From Thermoproteota archaeon (GTDB lineage Archaea > Korarchaeota > JAOZGF01 > JAOZFZ01), in the NCBI GenBank assembly GCA_027492035.1, contig JAOZFT010000004.1, positions 602,449 through 666,448 of the forward strand: DNA of 64,000 nt. Reading direction: 5' to 3'. This document shows positions 20,154 to 29,821 of the stretch, piece after piece. The notes under the pieces were generated by a model. The model saw nothing but the letters and a program-made list of their open reading frames with translations, was not told where the DNA came from and searched no databases. The stretch's first letter is position 1, and the number at the start of each line of letters is the position of its first letter. The position numbers and the translations under genes were made by a program.

Positions 20154-21458
20154 ATGAAGAGGAAAATCTATGATGGTGTGTTTAAAACAAACGAAGGCAG
20201 AACAATTAAACTTCATTTAATTGAAGAAGGAAAAACCGGTATTTTAGTTATTAACGCAAATAAGATACTTTACACAAATGAAACAGGAAAGGAGCATCTG
20301 AAACTTATATTAAAGGGGAAGGAAGTAGATGAAGCAGTTAAGACACTTCACAGAAAATTTAAAGCAAACTCGGAACAACTGAGAAAAAACCATGAAAACA
20401 TTCTCTTAATGCTTAACATTCTCTCGAAAACAAACAAAATAGCACCGACCTTATTTTACGGAGTAAAAAGGATAGATCCCTTATCTAAAGACCTAAACCA
20501 TCCCTTACGTATGGATCTAGCCCTAACGTACAGATGCAACAACGACTGTCTCCACTGTTATGCTGGTGGTTCTCGTCAAACAAAAGAATTAACCACTGGT
20601 GAATGGAAAAAGGTGATTAAAAAGGTTTATTCACTCGGTGTTCCACAGATAGTCTTTACGGGGGGTGAACCAACTCTAAGAAAAGATTTACCTGAACTTA
20701 TAGAGTATGCTCAGAAGAAAGGAGCAGTTACAGGTTTGATAACTAACGGTAGAAGGTTTAAGGATGAAAATTACGTAGCAGGATTAGTAGAGAAGGGTTT
20801 GGATTACACCCAAATAACTATTGAATCAAATAAGCCTGAAGTTCATGACAAAATTACGCAAGTGAAGGGAAGCTGGGAAGAAACAGTTAAAGGAATAGAA
20901 AACGCCTTGAAACAAAACTTCTATGTATCGACAAACACCACCCTATCCAAATACACAATTAACCACGTTGAGGAAATAGTGGATTTCCTCCACCAGTTGG
21001 GAATCAAAAATTTCGGATTTAATGCTTTAATTTATTCAGGTAGGGCAAAGGAGGCTGAATCGGTTTTTGCTTTAGAACCTCAAGAATTAAAAGAAGCATT
21101 GGAAAAAATTAAAATTAAAGCTGAGGAAAACAATATGCACTTTATCTGGTACACCCCCACAAAATATTGTGAGTTAAACCCTGTAGAAATGGGTCTAGAC
21201 CCAAAATTTTGTTCAGCTGTCAAAATAAACATGTTGATTGAGCCTGACGGCACAATTCTCCCATGCCAGTCCTGGTTTGAGCCCCTTGGAAACATTTTAA
21301 AAGATAAATGGAAGGAAGTGACTGAGAAGAAACTTTACCAGTATGTTAAGGAATGGGGATGGATGCCTGAGGAATGCAATAACTGCCCATTCCGAAACAT
21401 TTGCAGTTACGGGTGCCCTTTAAAAATAGGGGTATGTGAAACCTGTCTAAGAATATGA
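20154..21458 (+). CDS. Radical SAM/SPASM protein with an N-terminal PqqD/RRE-like extension
   Basis: CNNDCLHC, TGGEP; SPASM C...PDGTILPC...CNNCPFRNICSYGC; about 110-aa N-term with LYTNETG followed by helices. Confidence 0.85.
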   Translation: MKRKIYDGVFKTNEGRTIKLHLIEEGKTGILVINANKILYTNETGKEHLKLILKGKEVDEAVKTLHRKFKANSEQLRKNHENILLMLNILSKTNKIAPTLFYGVKRIDPLSKDLNHPLRMDLALTYRCNNDCLHCYAGGSRQTKELTTGEWKKVIKKVYSLGVPQIVFTGGEPTLRKDLPELIEYAQKKGAVTGLITNGRRFKDENYVAGLVEKGLDYTQITIESNKPEVHDKITQVKGSWEETVKGIENALKQNFYVSTNTTLSKYTINHVEEIVDFLHQLGIKNFGFNALIYSGRAKEAESVFALEPQELKEALEKIKIKAEENNMHFIWYTPTKYCELNPVEMGLDPKFCSAVKINMLIEPDGTILPCQSWFEPLGNILKDKWKEVTEKKLYQYVKEWGWMPEECNNCPFRNICSYGCPLKIGVCETCLRI

Positions 21459-22019
21459 TTTAGTTTAAAATGAAGAAGTCCTTGAACCTGTATACTTCCT
21501 AGTTTAAAAAATAGAAGACGTTAAAGTTTATAATCTCCTTGAAATCAAACTTTTTAACTTAAAATATTCCTTACAGATTCTGTCCCCATTAAAAAACAAT
21601 GCCTAAGTTTTTTGTTTCAACTCTCCGCGAAACCTTTCCTCCCATTTCTCTTCAAGACTCTGTAGGGGTAAGAATAACGTAATTGATCTATGCCTGTCAC
21701 TCCACTCTGAAATAAACATGTCTCTCAACCGCTCCACTTCTCAACCTTGCCAGTATACCCTAAACTTCCCTTGCCGACTACATTTTAAAAGATGCACTGT
21801 TAGTTTCTCCTTCTTCCGTCCCAATTTTTCCCTCCCTCCCCTTAGATTTTAAACGTTTCATTTCTCTCTTTTTATTTTGGAAGGCTTTCCCTCAGCCGTA
21901 AGGGCATTGTTTTGAGAAAAACATTTACATCCTTAAACATTAATCATTTTCACTTTAACTTTTTAAGTAAAAGTATCCCGTTGATTTTCTAAAACCTTTT
22001 AAAGGGCCCCAACCTTGAA

Positions 22020-22520
22020 GTGAGAATAATGATTAAACATTCCTTGAAAATGGGTTTTAGTTTTGGTTTAACCTCTGGAGTAATAACTACCCTTGGTTTA
22101 GTGATTGGGTTAAGTTCAGGAACTCATTCAAGACTTGCGGTTATAGGGGGTGTGTTGACAATAGCTGTTGCTGATTCCTTCTCAGACGCTGTAGGAGTCC
22201 ATGTTTCTGAAGAATCTGAAGGAAAACACACCCAAAAGGAAGTTTGGGAATCCACAATATCCACTTTCATATCGAAGTTTCTCTTCACAAACACATTCGT
22301 TATTCCAACCCTCTTACTTAGCCTTCAAGCAGCCATAATTGTAAGTCTTGTTTGGGGTTTGTCACTACTAAGTTTTTTCAGCTTCCTCATTGCTAAAGAG
22401 CAAAAAGTGAACCCCTGGAAAGTGGTTCTAGAGCATTTATTCATTACTTTAATAGTTGTAACCTCAGCTAACTATATAGGCAGTTTCATTTCTTCATTCT
22501 GCAGCTTAACCGGTCCCTGA
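22020..22520 (+). CDS. VIT1/CCC1-like small membrane protein
   Basis: FGLTSGVITTLGL, AVADSFSDAVGVHVSEESE, about 5 TM segments. Confidence 0.75.
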   Translation: MRIMIKHSLKMGFSFGLTSGVITTLGLVIGLSSGTHSRLAVIGGVLTIAVADSFSDAVGVHVSEESEGKHTQKEVWESTISTFISKFLFTNTFVIPTLLLSLQAAIIVSLVWGLSLLSFFSFLIAKEQKVNPWKVVLEHLFITLIVVTSANYIGSFISSFCSLTGP

Positions 22521-22707
22521 AGAATTCTCTCTATTAAGCCTCTAGAAACCATCTTTTTCAGGGTGTAAACAGGTTCCTTAAGCTTAAAACTAAACCTCCA
22601 ACAAGAAGATAAGCCTCCTTCATTAACTCAATTCATTTTTAAAAGTGTTGAAAGGTGTTTCCTTCACTTTTTTAGGGAGGGGGAGGTGTGTAAAGGAGGG
22701 GTTGAAA

Positions 22708-23730
22708 ATGAAAGTTTCAGAGATCGGCGAAAGAAAACTAATTGAAATCCTCCTAAATTTACTCAGTAAAGACCCTGAGGAATTATTTGGTTACGACGAC
22801 GTCTCTGGTAGAGTTTTACTTGGTGAACTTATCTTTTCGTTAAAAACAGACACTTTCGTTGCTTCAACCGACCTACTTCCAGGCACCCCTTGGAAAAGTG
22901 TAGGCCGCAAAATTGTGGTGATGAACATTAGCGACTTCGCAGCAAAGGGAATAACTCCCCTCGCGGGCTTAATTTCTCTCTGTTTAAAAGGTGACATGGA
23001 ACTTAGAGACGTGAAAGAGATTTATAAAGGGATAAATGAAACAGCTAAAGAATACAAAGTCCCCATCTGGGGTGGAGATACAAACGAGTGTTCAGACCTA
23101 GTCATTACAGGAGCATTTGCAGGAATAGGTTTAAAAAGTAAACTTGTTTTCAGGAGCGGGGCTAAACCAGGGGACCTAATTTACTCCACTGGAGAATTCG
23201 GATTAACAAGTGCAGCTTTCAAGATCCTGCTTGGAAAGAGGGAAGTTGAAGACAAAAAATTAAGGAAGAAAATTTTGAAGTCTGTGTATGAACCGAAAGC
23301 TAAACTGAAAGAAGGACTGACTTTAACAGATAAAAGACTTGTTAACGCAAGTATAGACTGCAGCGACGGGTTAGCTGCCTCTCTAAATGAATTAGCTAGG
23401 CAAAGCCGCGTAAACATACTTGTAGAAAAAATACCTGTAGCTAAAGAAGCAAAAAAATACTTTGAAACACAAAACCTAGACCCGGAAAAGGAAGCATTGT
23501 ACCAAGGTGGTGAAGAGTACGAATTAATTCTCACAATCCCCCCTGAAAAAATAGAAGAAGCGAAAAGTAACATAGAGAAAACAGGTTCAAAACTTTTCTA
23601 CATTGGAAAAGTAAAGAAGGGAAGGGGGGTTTATTTAATTAGAAACGGTGAGAAGGAAGTAATTGAAGACAGGGGTTGGCAGCACTTCCTTAAATGGAAA
23701 CGAAAATTTAATGTTCCCTCAAAAACTTAG
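22708..23730 (+). CDS. thiL: Thiamine-monophosphate kinase
   Basis: IGERKLI, GYDD, KTD, NISDFAAKG, GGDT, DCSDGL, GGEEYEL, GWQHF. Confidence 0.95.
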   Translation: MKVSEIGERKLIEILLNLLSKDPEELFGYDDVSGRVLLGELIFSLKTDTFVASTDLLPGTPWKSVGRKIVVMNISDFAAKGITPLAGLISLCLKGDMELRDVKEIYKGINETAKEYKVPIWGGDTNECSDLVITGAFAGIGLKSKLVFRSGAKPGDLIYSTGEFGLTSAAFKILLGKREVEDKKLRKKILKSVYEPKAKLKEGLTLTDKRLVNASIDCSDGLAASLNELARQSRVNILVEKIPVAKEAKKYFETQNLDPEKEALYQGGEEYELILTIPPEKIEEAKSNIEKTGSKLFYIGKVKKGRGVYLIRNGEKEVIEDRGWQHFLKWKRKFNVPSKT

Positions 23731-24062
23731 GAATCGAAAAACATTATATGTTGCAAGGAAAAGTCTTGAATTATTTATGTTCTGTGTTTAAAGGGGAAGA
23801 AATTATTTAGGAGGTTTAAGGAATTCATATGTAACTTGGTAATATGTTGCTTACGTTGTTGCTTCCTGTTCCCTCCTAAACTAGAACATTTAACAAGTTC
23901 AAGAATAGTTATCTATTAGACTTTATGAAGGAAGTCGTCTTCTATTTTCTTGTCAGGAAGCCTGTTTTATAAACAAGAGTCAAGCGATAAATAATTAAGT
24001 ATGCAGTTGAAGGAAAGGGTTCCATTTTTCCATTCCTCCTTTTTTTCTTTGTGATAAAAAGT

Positions 24063-24854
24063 TTACTCTCTTATTTTTATGAAGTTTATGAAGTTTCCTC
24101 TGGAAATTTTTTCCAGGACAAGACTATCTACTTCTCTCTTTAAAAGGAAATCAACTGTTTTCTTTACAGCTAATGGGTCAGAGGGTTCTCTTCCGCAGTC
24201 ACTGTTTAAAATGATTCTGTCAATAAGTTTCGGGTAACTTTCTATTATGTGGTAAACTTTTTCTTGTGTAAGTTTACCTGGTTGAACAGTTAATCCTATA
24301 TAGTAGGTGTTGTTTTCCATTTTCTCTAATTGATTCATGGTTAAGTGGTCAATCATTACTTGCTCCTGTTTAACCCTTGTTTCTTCCAATATTTTAAGTA
24401 TTAATTCAAAAATTTCTTGTTTATTTTTTCTTGGAGTATGGATAATTACAGGTTTCCCATAATCCCTAGCTAATTTCAACTGTTTCTTTAAAATTACCTG
24501 TTCCTTAATGGAGCCTTTCTCCAGCCCTGCTTCTCCAATAACAGCTGATTCTTCAATATTTCTTTCTATTTCCTTTATTTCCCCCTCCATTTTCCCGTAA
24601 ATGTTTCTTGGATGAATTCCTAAACCAATGTAGGGTGTTAATTTTAAACTTTTAAACCTCTCTTTTTCAGACTGTGTAAGCCACGTGTAAAGGTCTTTTA
24701 ACGTGCAGCGGCAGCTTGGTTTTACAGGGAAATAGGAAAGCACAGCTGCACCTTCATAGCCTTCTTCCTTTAAAAGTTTAAGGGTTGAGTAGTTGCTGAA
24801 GTAATGGTGAGTGTGGCCGTCGATAAACCTTGATTTTCCTCTTACTTCACTCAT
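24063..24854 (-). CDS. TatD-like metal-dependent hydrolase (HPR subfamily)
   Basis: IDGHTH, GIHPR, IGEAGL, IHTPRKNK, IDH, NSD. Confidence 0.85.
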   Translation of the reverse strand: MSEVRGKSRFIDGHTHHYFSNYSTLKLLKEEGYEGAAVLSYFPVKPSCRCTLKDLYTWLTQSEKERFKSLKLTPYIGLGIHPRNIYGKMEGEIKEIERNIEESAVIGEAGLEKGSIKEQVILKKQLKLARDYGKPVIIHTPRKNKQEIFELILKILEETRVKQEQVMIDHLTMNQLEKMENNTYYIGLTVQPGKLTQEKVYHIIESYPKLIDRIILNSDCGREPSDPLAVKKTVDFLLKREVDSLVLEKISRGNFINFIKIRE

Positions 24855-24879
24855 TTTCCTTTCTTTCCCTTATCTATTT

Positions 24880-26037
24880 TCATATTACCTCGTTTAAGAC
24901 TTCAGCTAAATCCTTCACTTCTATTTCTTCATCCTTCCCTATAACTTTTACTGCATCTGTTAAATTCATTAAACAGAATGGACAGGCAGTAACTATTATG
25001 TCCGGATTCAGTTTAGCCGCCTCCTTAGCTCTTGTAACTGCAGGTCTCTCCTTAGGAGGTTCTTCCATCCATATTCTTCCTCCTCCTCCCCCACAACAGT
25101 AACTGTTCTCTCTGTTCCTCCTCATTTCTACAAACTGTAAACCCGGAATTGACTTAAGGATGTTTCTGGGTTCATCATATACTCCGTTATGTCTTCCGAG
25201 AAAGCATGGGTCATGGTAAGTAACCTTTTTGTTTAATCTCCCCTTTATCTTCAATTTTCCCTCCTTTATCAGGTTCCAAATGAACTGTGTATAGTGTTGA
25301 ACCTCGATTTTGCCTCCAAATTCCTTATATTCCTTCTTAAAAACGTTAAAACTGTGGGGGGAGGTTGTAACCATCCTTTTTACGTTGTATTTTTCAAAGT
25401 TAGCAATGTTTTCTTCAGCTAACATTTCAAACAACCCCTTTTCACCAAGTTTTAAAACTCCGTCTCCACAACATTTTTCCTTGTTTCCAAGTATGAAAAA
25501 ATCAACATTTGCTTTCCTGAAAATGTTAACTATGGCTTTAGCAACTTCTTGGTTTCTGGTGTCGTAGGATGGTGTACAACCTACAAAATAAAGGACTTCC
25601 CCTGTTTCCCCTTTACTTGCATCTTTCAAACTTAAATCCTTACACCATTCTGTTCTCTTGTTTTCTAATCCTCCCCAAGGATTTCCGTTCCTGAATGTGC
25701 TTTCAAGCATGTCCTGAACAGTTTTAGGTATAAACCCTCCCTCAACCACTTTACTCCTTAACTCAGTAACTAAATCACTAATACTTATTTCACTTGGGCA
25801 TCTCACACTGCACTTGTAACATGATGTACACATCCATAAAGTGTCCTCTTCAAAGACAGGTTCAATGTATTCTTCCCTGAAAAGGGCAATTACTTTTCTT
25901 GGGGTGTTTCCCCAAACAGTTGGACATGAACCTGAACAAACTCCACATTGTAAACACTCCCTAATTTTCTGCCCCAAAGGTGAACTATAAATTTCATTCA
26001 GTAATTCCTCGACTTGAACATTAATTTTTCCAGCCAA
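24880..26037 (-). CDS. hdrD: HdrD-like Fe-S oxidoreductase (HdrC-type 2x[4Fe-4S] plus two CCG domains)
   Basis: CLQCGVCSGSCP, CTSCYKCSVRCP, KCCG, YHDPCFLGR, CCGGGGG, ACPFC. Confidence 0.88.
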   Translation of the reverse strand: MAGKINVQVEELLNEIYSSPLGQKIRECLQCGVCSGSCPTVWGNTPRKVIALFREEYIEPVFEEDTLWMCTSCYKCSVRCPSEISISDLVTELRSKVVEGGFIPKTVQDMLESTFRNGNPWGGLENKRTEWCKDLSLKDASKGETGEVLYFVGCTPSYDTRNQEVAKAIVNIFRKANVDFFILGNKEKCCGDGVLKLGEKGLFEMLAEENIANFEKYNVKRMVTTSPHSFNVFKKEYKEFGGKIEVQHYTQFIWNLIKEGKLKIKGRLNKKVTYHDPCFLGRHNGVYDEPRNILKSIPGLQFVEMRRNRENSYCCGGGGGRIWMEEPPKERPAVTRAKEAAKLNPDIIVTACPFCLMNLTDAVKVIGKDEEIEVKDLAEVLNEVI

Positions 26038-26073
26038 TTTTCACCTTTCCTCCTTTCATCTTTTTAAAAACTT

Positions 26074-27195
26074 TTATGGGCTCTTTAAGAATTCTTCAAG
26101 CTCTTCTTCTTCTGCATAAATTAAAGGTACAGGTTCATCAATTTTTCTCCCCGGTTGATAATTAAATTCTTTCCTTGCTTCATTAGTGATGACTGTGAAA
26201 ACCTTTGACAGTTCAATGTCTTCAGGGCAGGCTTGTTCACATAAGCCGCAGTCTATGCATGAAACTCCCATATGAAGCATTCTTCCTAGGTGGAACTGGA
26301 TCTTAGCTTTTATTGAAGGAGTCGTTCCCTCTTCTACGGTCCACTTCAAGTACTTGTTGAAAACGAAGTCGTAGTCTTGTGAATCAAAGAAGCATTCTTT
26401 ACAGAAACAAATGGGGCATGCTTCCATACAGTTTTGACATTTGATGCAGTCTTTAAATATCTCCCTTAATCCCTCAACTCCTTTCACTTCCTCTCTAGAT
26501 TTCAAAACAAATTCATTATACTTCCCCCCTCTTTCTTTGATTATTTCAGTTATTGCTTCTTCCCTCTCTTTATCCCTGTTCGCTGTTAAACCTATCTTTG
26601 CCAGTATTATTTTCCCCTTCTCACTTTTTGCTTCAATGTATAACTTACTACTCTTCCCTATGTAGCCAAGGTTTATGTCTGTGTTTTCAGGTGTAGGTGA
26701 AGCACATATTTTGCAGTATGTTCTGAAGTCTCGGTTCTCCTCTCTTCTAAGGAATGAATCATAAAATTTCTGGTTAGGGTTTTCTCCCTTCTCAACCATT
26801 TCTTTAAATTTTAACACGTGAAATGTGCCGTAGCAGTCAGTACCTATTAAAACTACGTTTTCAAGTTTTATTTGTTCGAGTTTCGTTAACTCAATTACTG
26901 CCTTGACTTCGCAGGGTTTAGCTGTAACTCCTAAAGGTTTGGGTAAAGGGTTGTCCTTTGTTAGTTCAGATAAGTAAGTTGCAACGCTGAACCCTGGAAT
27001 AACTGGTGTGAAAAGATCTATGTTTTCAATTTCTGATTCTTTAGTGACTAATACCCTTCTAATCATTCCCTTCTCTTCCTTTACTTGCGTCAGTAAAGCT
27101 GTAACAACCCTTTTACTGAGCATTTCTTTGAGTACCTTTTTCGCCTCCTCATTTATTTTATCTATTGATTTATTTATTGAAGGTTCCTTACTCAT
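26074..27195 (-). CDS. FrhB/FdhB-like (coenzyme F420-binding family) beta subunit with 2x[4Fe-4S]
   Basis: KPCEVKA, IGTDCYGT, RTYCKIC, CIKCQNCMEACPICFCKEC, FHLGRMLH...CIDCGLCEQACP. Confidence 0.82.
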   Translation of the reverse strand: MSKEPSINKSIDKINEEAKKVLKEMLSKRVVTALLTQVKEEKGMIRRVLVTKESEIENIDLFTPVIPGFSVATYLSELTKDNPLPKPLGVTAKPCEVKAVIELTKLEQIKLENVVLIGTDCYGTFHVLKFKEMVEKGENPNQKFYDSFLRREENRDFRTYCKICASPTPENTDINLGYIGKSSKLYIEAKSEKGKIILAKIGLTANRDKEREEAITEIIKERGGKYNEFVLKSREEVKGVEGLREIFKDCIKCQNCMEACPICFCKECFFDSQDYDFVFNKYLKWTVEEGTTPSIKAKIQFHLGRMLHMGVSCIDCGLCEQACPEDIELSKVFTVITNEARKEFNYQPGRKIDEPVPLIYAEEEELEEFLKSP

Positions 27196-27661
27196 TTCTA
27201 TCTTCCTCTGAAATTGTCCCAAGTTTCTTTAAAGGGTTTTCACCTAGTTCCTTTATTTCTTCAGAAAACTTCTTCACTATCTCAGCATATTTCCCGCCTT
27301 CTGAAGCAGAAATCCATTCCAATTTAACCCTGTCTTCTTCTAGGTTTAAAGCCCTTAACATTGCTTTCAAAAGCCTGTATCTTTGATAAGCAAAGAAGTT
27401 TCCTCTCCTGTAATGGCAGTCACCTGGATGGCAGCCTGCAATCAAAACTCCGTCAGCTCCATCCAGCAAAGCCCTTAAAACATAAACAGGATCAACCTTA
27501 CCTGAACACGGAACCCTTATGGTGGCTATTGTGGGGGGATACTTTATCCTGCTTGTACCTGCTAAATCTGCACCTACATAGGCACACCATCTACAAAGAA
27601 AACCAACAATTGAAGGATTAAAATCATCCTCTCCACAACTTTCCTTCTTTTTTTTACTCAT
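27188..27661 (-). CDS. mvhD: MvhD-type [2Fe-2S] hydrogenase delta subunit
   Basis: FLCRWCAYVGADLAG, RVPCSG, GCHPGDCHY, WISASEG. Confidence 0.95.
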   Translation of the reverse strand: MSKKKKESCGEDDFNPSIVGFLCRWCAYVGADLAGTSRIKYPPTIATIRVPCSGKVDPVYVLRALLDGADGVLIAGCHPGDCHYRRGNFFAYQRYRLLKAMLRALNLEEDRVKLEWISASEGGKYAEIVKKFSEEIKELGENPLKKLGTISEEDRNE

Positions 27662-27678
27662 TTTTCTCCATCTCTTTT

Positions 27679-29646
27679 TTAGGGATAAGAGGTTAAACCT
27701 TCCAACTCCAAAAAAACCTGTTTGTGAGTGTATCCTTTATGCTGGATAGCTCCTGACCTGCAAGCGGCTGAACATGCTCCACAACCTTTGCAAAGTTCTT
27801 CCTGAACCACAGCAGTCTTTTTCTCTTCATCGAAAGTTATTGCTTCAAATGGACAAACTGAAATGCATGCTTTACATCCCGAACAAATTTCTTCGTTCAC
27901 TTCAGCTGTGAAAGCTTCAATTTCATATTCTCCTCTATCTATAAGTGACAATGCTTGAGCTGCAGCAGCTGATGCCTGTGCAACTGTGTCAGGAATATCT
28001 TTAGGTCCTTGACATGTCCCTGCTATAAAAATTCCGTCATTTGCTGTTGAAACAGGAGCTAATTTTGGGTGCTTCTCTAAAAAAAATCCGTCATTGCTTA
28101 AATTAAGTGAAAACAATTTAGCAACTTCTTTACTGTCTTTTCTAGGTTCTAAAGCAACAGCTAAAACAACCATGTCAACAGGTATGCGTTTCACGGTTCC
28201 AAGTAAGGTGTCTTCAAACTGAACTATCAACTTTCCTTCTTCTTCAGGTTTTTCAGCTACATCTGTTACCTCGGCAACCTTACCCCTTATGAAAGTCACT
28301 CCTTCACTTAAAACCCTCCTGTAAAATTCTTCATACCCTTTACCAAAGGCCCTTATGTCAATGTAGAACTCATAAATTTTTGCGTCAGGTATTTCCTCTT
28401 TAATAAGGTGGGCGATTTTCATTGAGTACATACAGCAAACCCTTGAACAATACTCGTGGAAATTCTTATCTCTACTTCCTACACAGTGAATTATGGCTAC
28501 GGTTTCAGGTTCCTTACCGTTTTTCAAAAGTATCTTTCCGACCGTAGGGCCTGAGGGACTGCAAAGTCTCTCAAACTCCAAACTTGTGATTACATTATCT
28601 AAAACTCCGTAACCATATTGGGGCATAACAGAAGGGTCAAAAACATCATAACCTGTGGCTACAATTATTGCTCCAACCTTAACCTCAACTATTTCATTCT
28701 TCTGTTCAAAATTAATGGCTTTAGCTGGGCAAAGTTTTTCACATGCTTTACATATTCCTTTAGTGAAGAAGAGGCAGTGTTCAGTATCTATAACTGGCAC
28801 ATTAGGCACAGCTTGAGGAAATGGTGTGTAAATAGCTTTCCTCATCCCTAACTTCATATCAAACTCGTTAGGAACCTTCACTGGACATTTAGCCTGGCAA
28901 GTACCACACCCTGTACATTTGTCAACATCCACAAACCTAGCTTTCTTCTTTATTTTCACGATGTAATTGCCTACAAACCCTGAAACATCCACAACTTCGC
29001 TGTAAGTTAAAAGTTCAATGTTTTCATGCTGCCCCACAGCAGACATTTTAGGTGTTAAAATACAGGATGAACAATCCAGTGTAGGGAATGTTTTATCTAA
29101 TTGGGCCATGTGTCCTCCTATACTTGGTTCTTTTTCCACTAAATACACTTTCCTTCCTGCATCTGCCACTGTCAAAGCTGCTTCAATTCCAGCTATCCCT
29201 CCACCCACCACCAAAACAGCAGGTGTAACCGGAACCTTCCTTGTTTTTAATGGAACATGTTGCTTTACTCTATTTATTCCGGCGACAACAAGCTTTATCG
29301 CTTTCTCAGTCGCTTTTTCGCGGTTATCATGAACCCATGAACACTGCTCCCTAATGTTAACGTGTTGGTAAAGGAAAGGACTTAATCCAGCACTTTCACA
29401 AACTTTTTTAAAAGTTTTTTCATGCAGTAAAGGGGAGCATGAGGCAACAACTACCGAGTTTAAACCGTATCTCTTTATGTCCTCCCTAATTAAGTCCTGG
29501 CCCGGGTCTGAACACATATATAAGTAATGTTTAGCTACAACCACTCCTTCAATAGAAGAAACGGTTTCAGTAACTTTTTCAACATCAACAGTTGCTGCGA
29601 TGTTGTTTCCACAATGACAAATATAGACCCCGATCCTTCTATTCAT
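27679..29646 (-). CDS. hdrA: Heterodisulfide reductase subunit A
   Basis: GVYICHCGNNI, NIREQCSWVH, GGGIAG, DKTFPTLDC, HCVGSR, CSRVCCMY, inserted and C-terminal ferredoxin motifs. Confidence 0.97.
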   Translation of the reverse strand: MNRRIGVYICHCGNNIAATVDVEKVTETVSSIEGVVVAKHYLYMCSDPGQDLIREDIKRYGLNSVVVASCSPLLHEKTFKKVCESAGLSPFLYQHVNIREQCSWVHDNREKATEKAIKLVVAGINRVKQHVPLKTRKVPVTPAVLVVGGGIAGIEAALTVADAGRKVYLVEKEPSIGGHMAQLDKTFPTLDCSSCILTPKMSAVGQHENIELLTYSEVVDVSGFVGNYIVKIKKKARFVDVDKCTGCGTCQAKCPVKVPNEFDMKLGMRKAIYTPFPQAVPNVPVIDTEHCLFFTKGICKACEKLCPAKAINFEQKNEIVEVKVGAIIVATGYDVFDPSVMPQYGYGVLDNVITSLEFERLCSPSGPTVGKILLKNGKEPETVAIIHCVGSRDKNFHEYCSRVCCMYSMKIAHLIKEEIPDAKIYEFYIDIRAFGKGYEEFYRRVLSEGVTFIRGKVAEVTDVAEKPEEEGKLIVQFEDTLLGTVKRIPVDMVVLAVALEPRKDSKEVAKLFSLNLSNDGFFLEKHPKLAPVSTANDGIFIAGTCQGPKDIPDTVAQASAAAAQALSLIDRGEYEIEAFTAEVNEEICSGCKACISVCPFEAITFDEEKKTAVVQEELCKGCGACSAACRSGAIQHKGYTHKQVFLELEGLTSYP

Positions 29647-29692
29647 ACCTGAACCCCTTTCTCCTCAATTGAAAAAAGAAGTTTTAAAAGGA

Positions 29693-29709
29693 AACTCTTT
29701 TAAAGAGTT
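29693..29709. promoter_or_regulatory. Palindrome AACTCTTT-T-AAAGAGTT, operator candidate in the hdrA promoter
   Basis: Perfect 8-1-8 inverted repeat about 25 nt downstream (minus strand) of TATA-like TTTATA at about 29733-29738. Confidence 0.45.
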
Positions 29710-29821
29710 ATTGAACAAAAACCCTTTCCAATATAAACCTTTTATATTTAAAAATACTTCCCCCTGATTCTCTTCACTTTAAGAATTTAAAAGGTAGGAG
29801 CTTCTTTAGTAGGGGGTAACT

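Noticed and set aside
21600-21830. Minus-strand frame LGRKKEK...WQG-TGA-EVERLRD... suggesting selenocysteine readthrough or a radical SAM precursor
   Set aside because: No Cys-homologue context, no SECIS-like hairpin seen, and HdrA/MvhD here use Cys; more likely decayed sequence
23806-23890. H/ACA guide RNA reading of the hairpin (an ACA follows the stem)
   Set aside because: No K-turn/K-loop, and the pocket-to-ACA spacing does not fit
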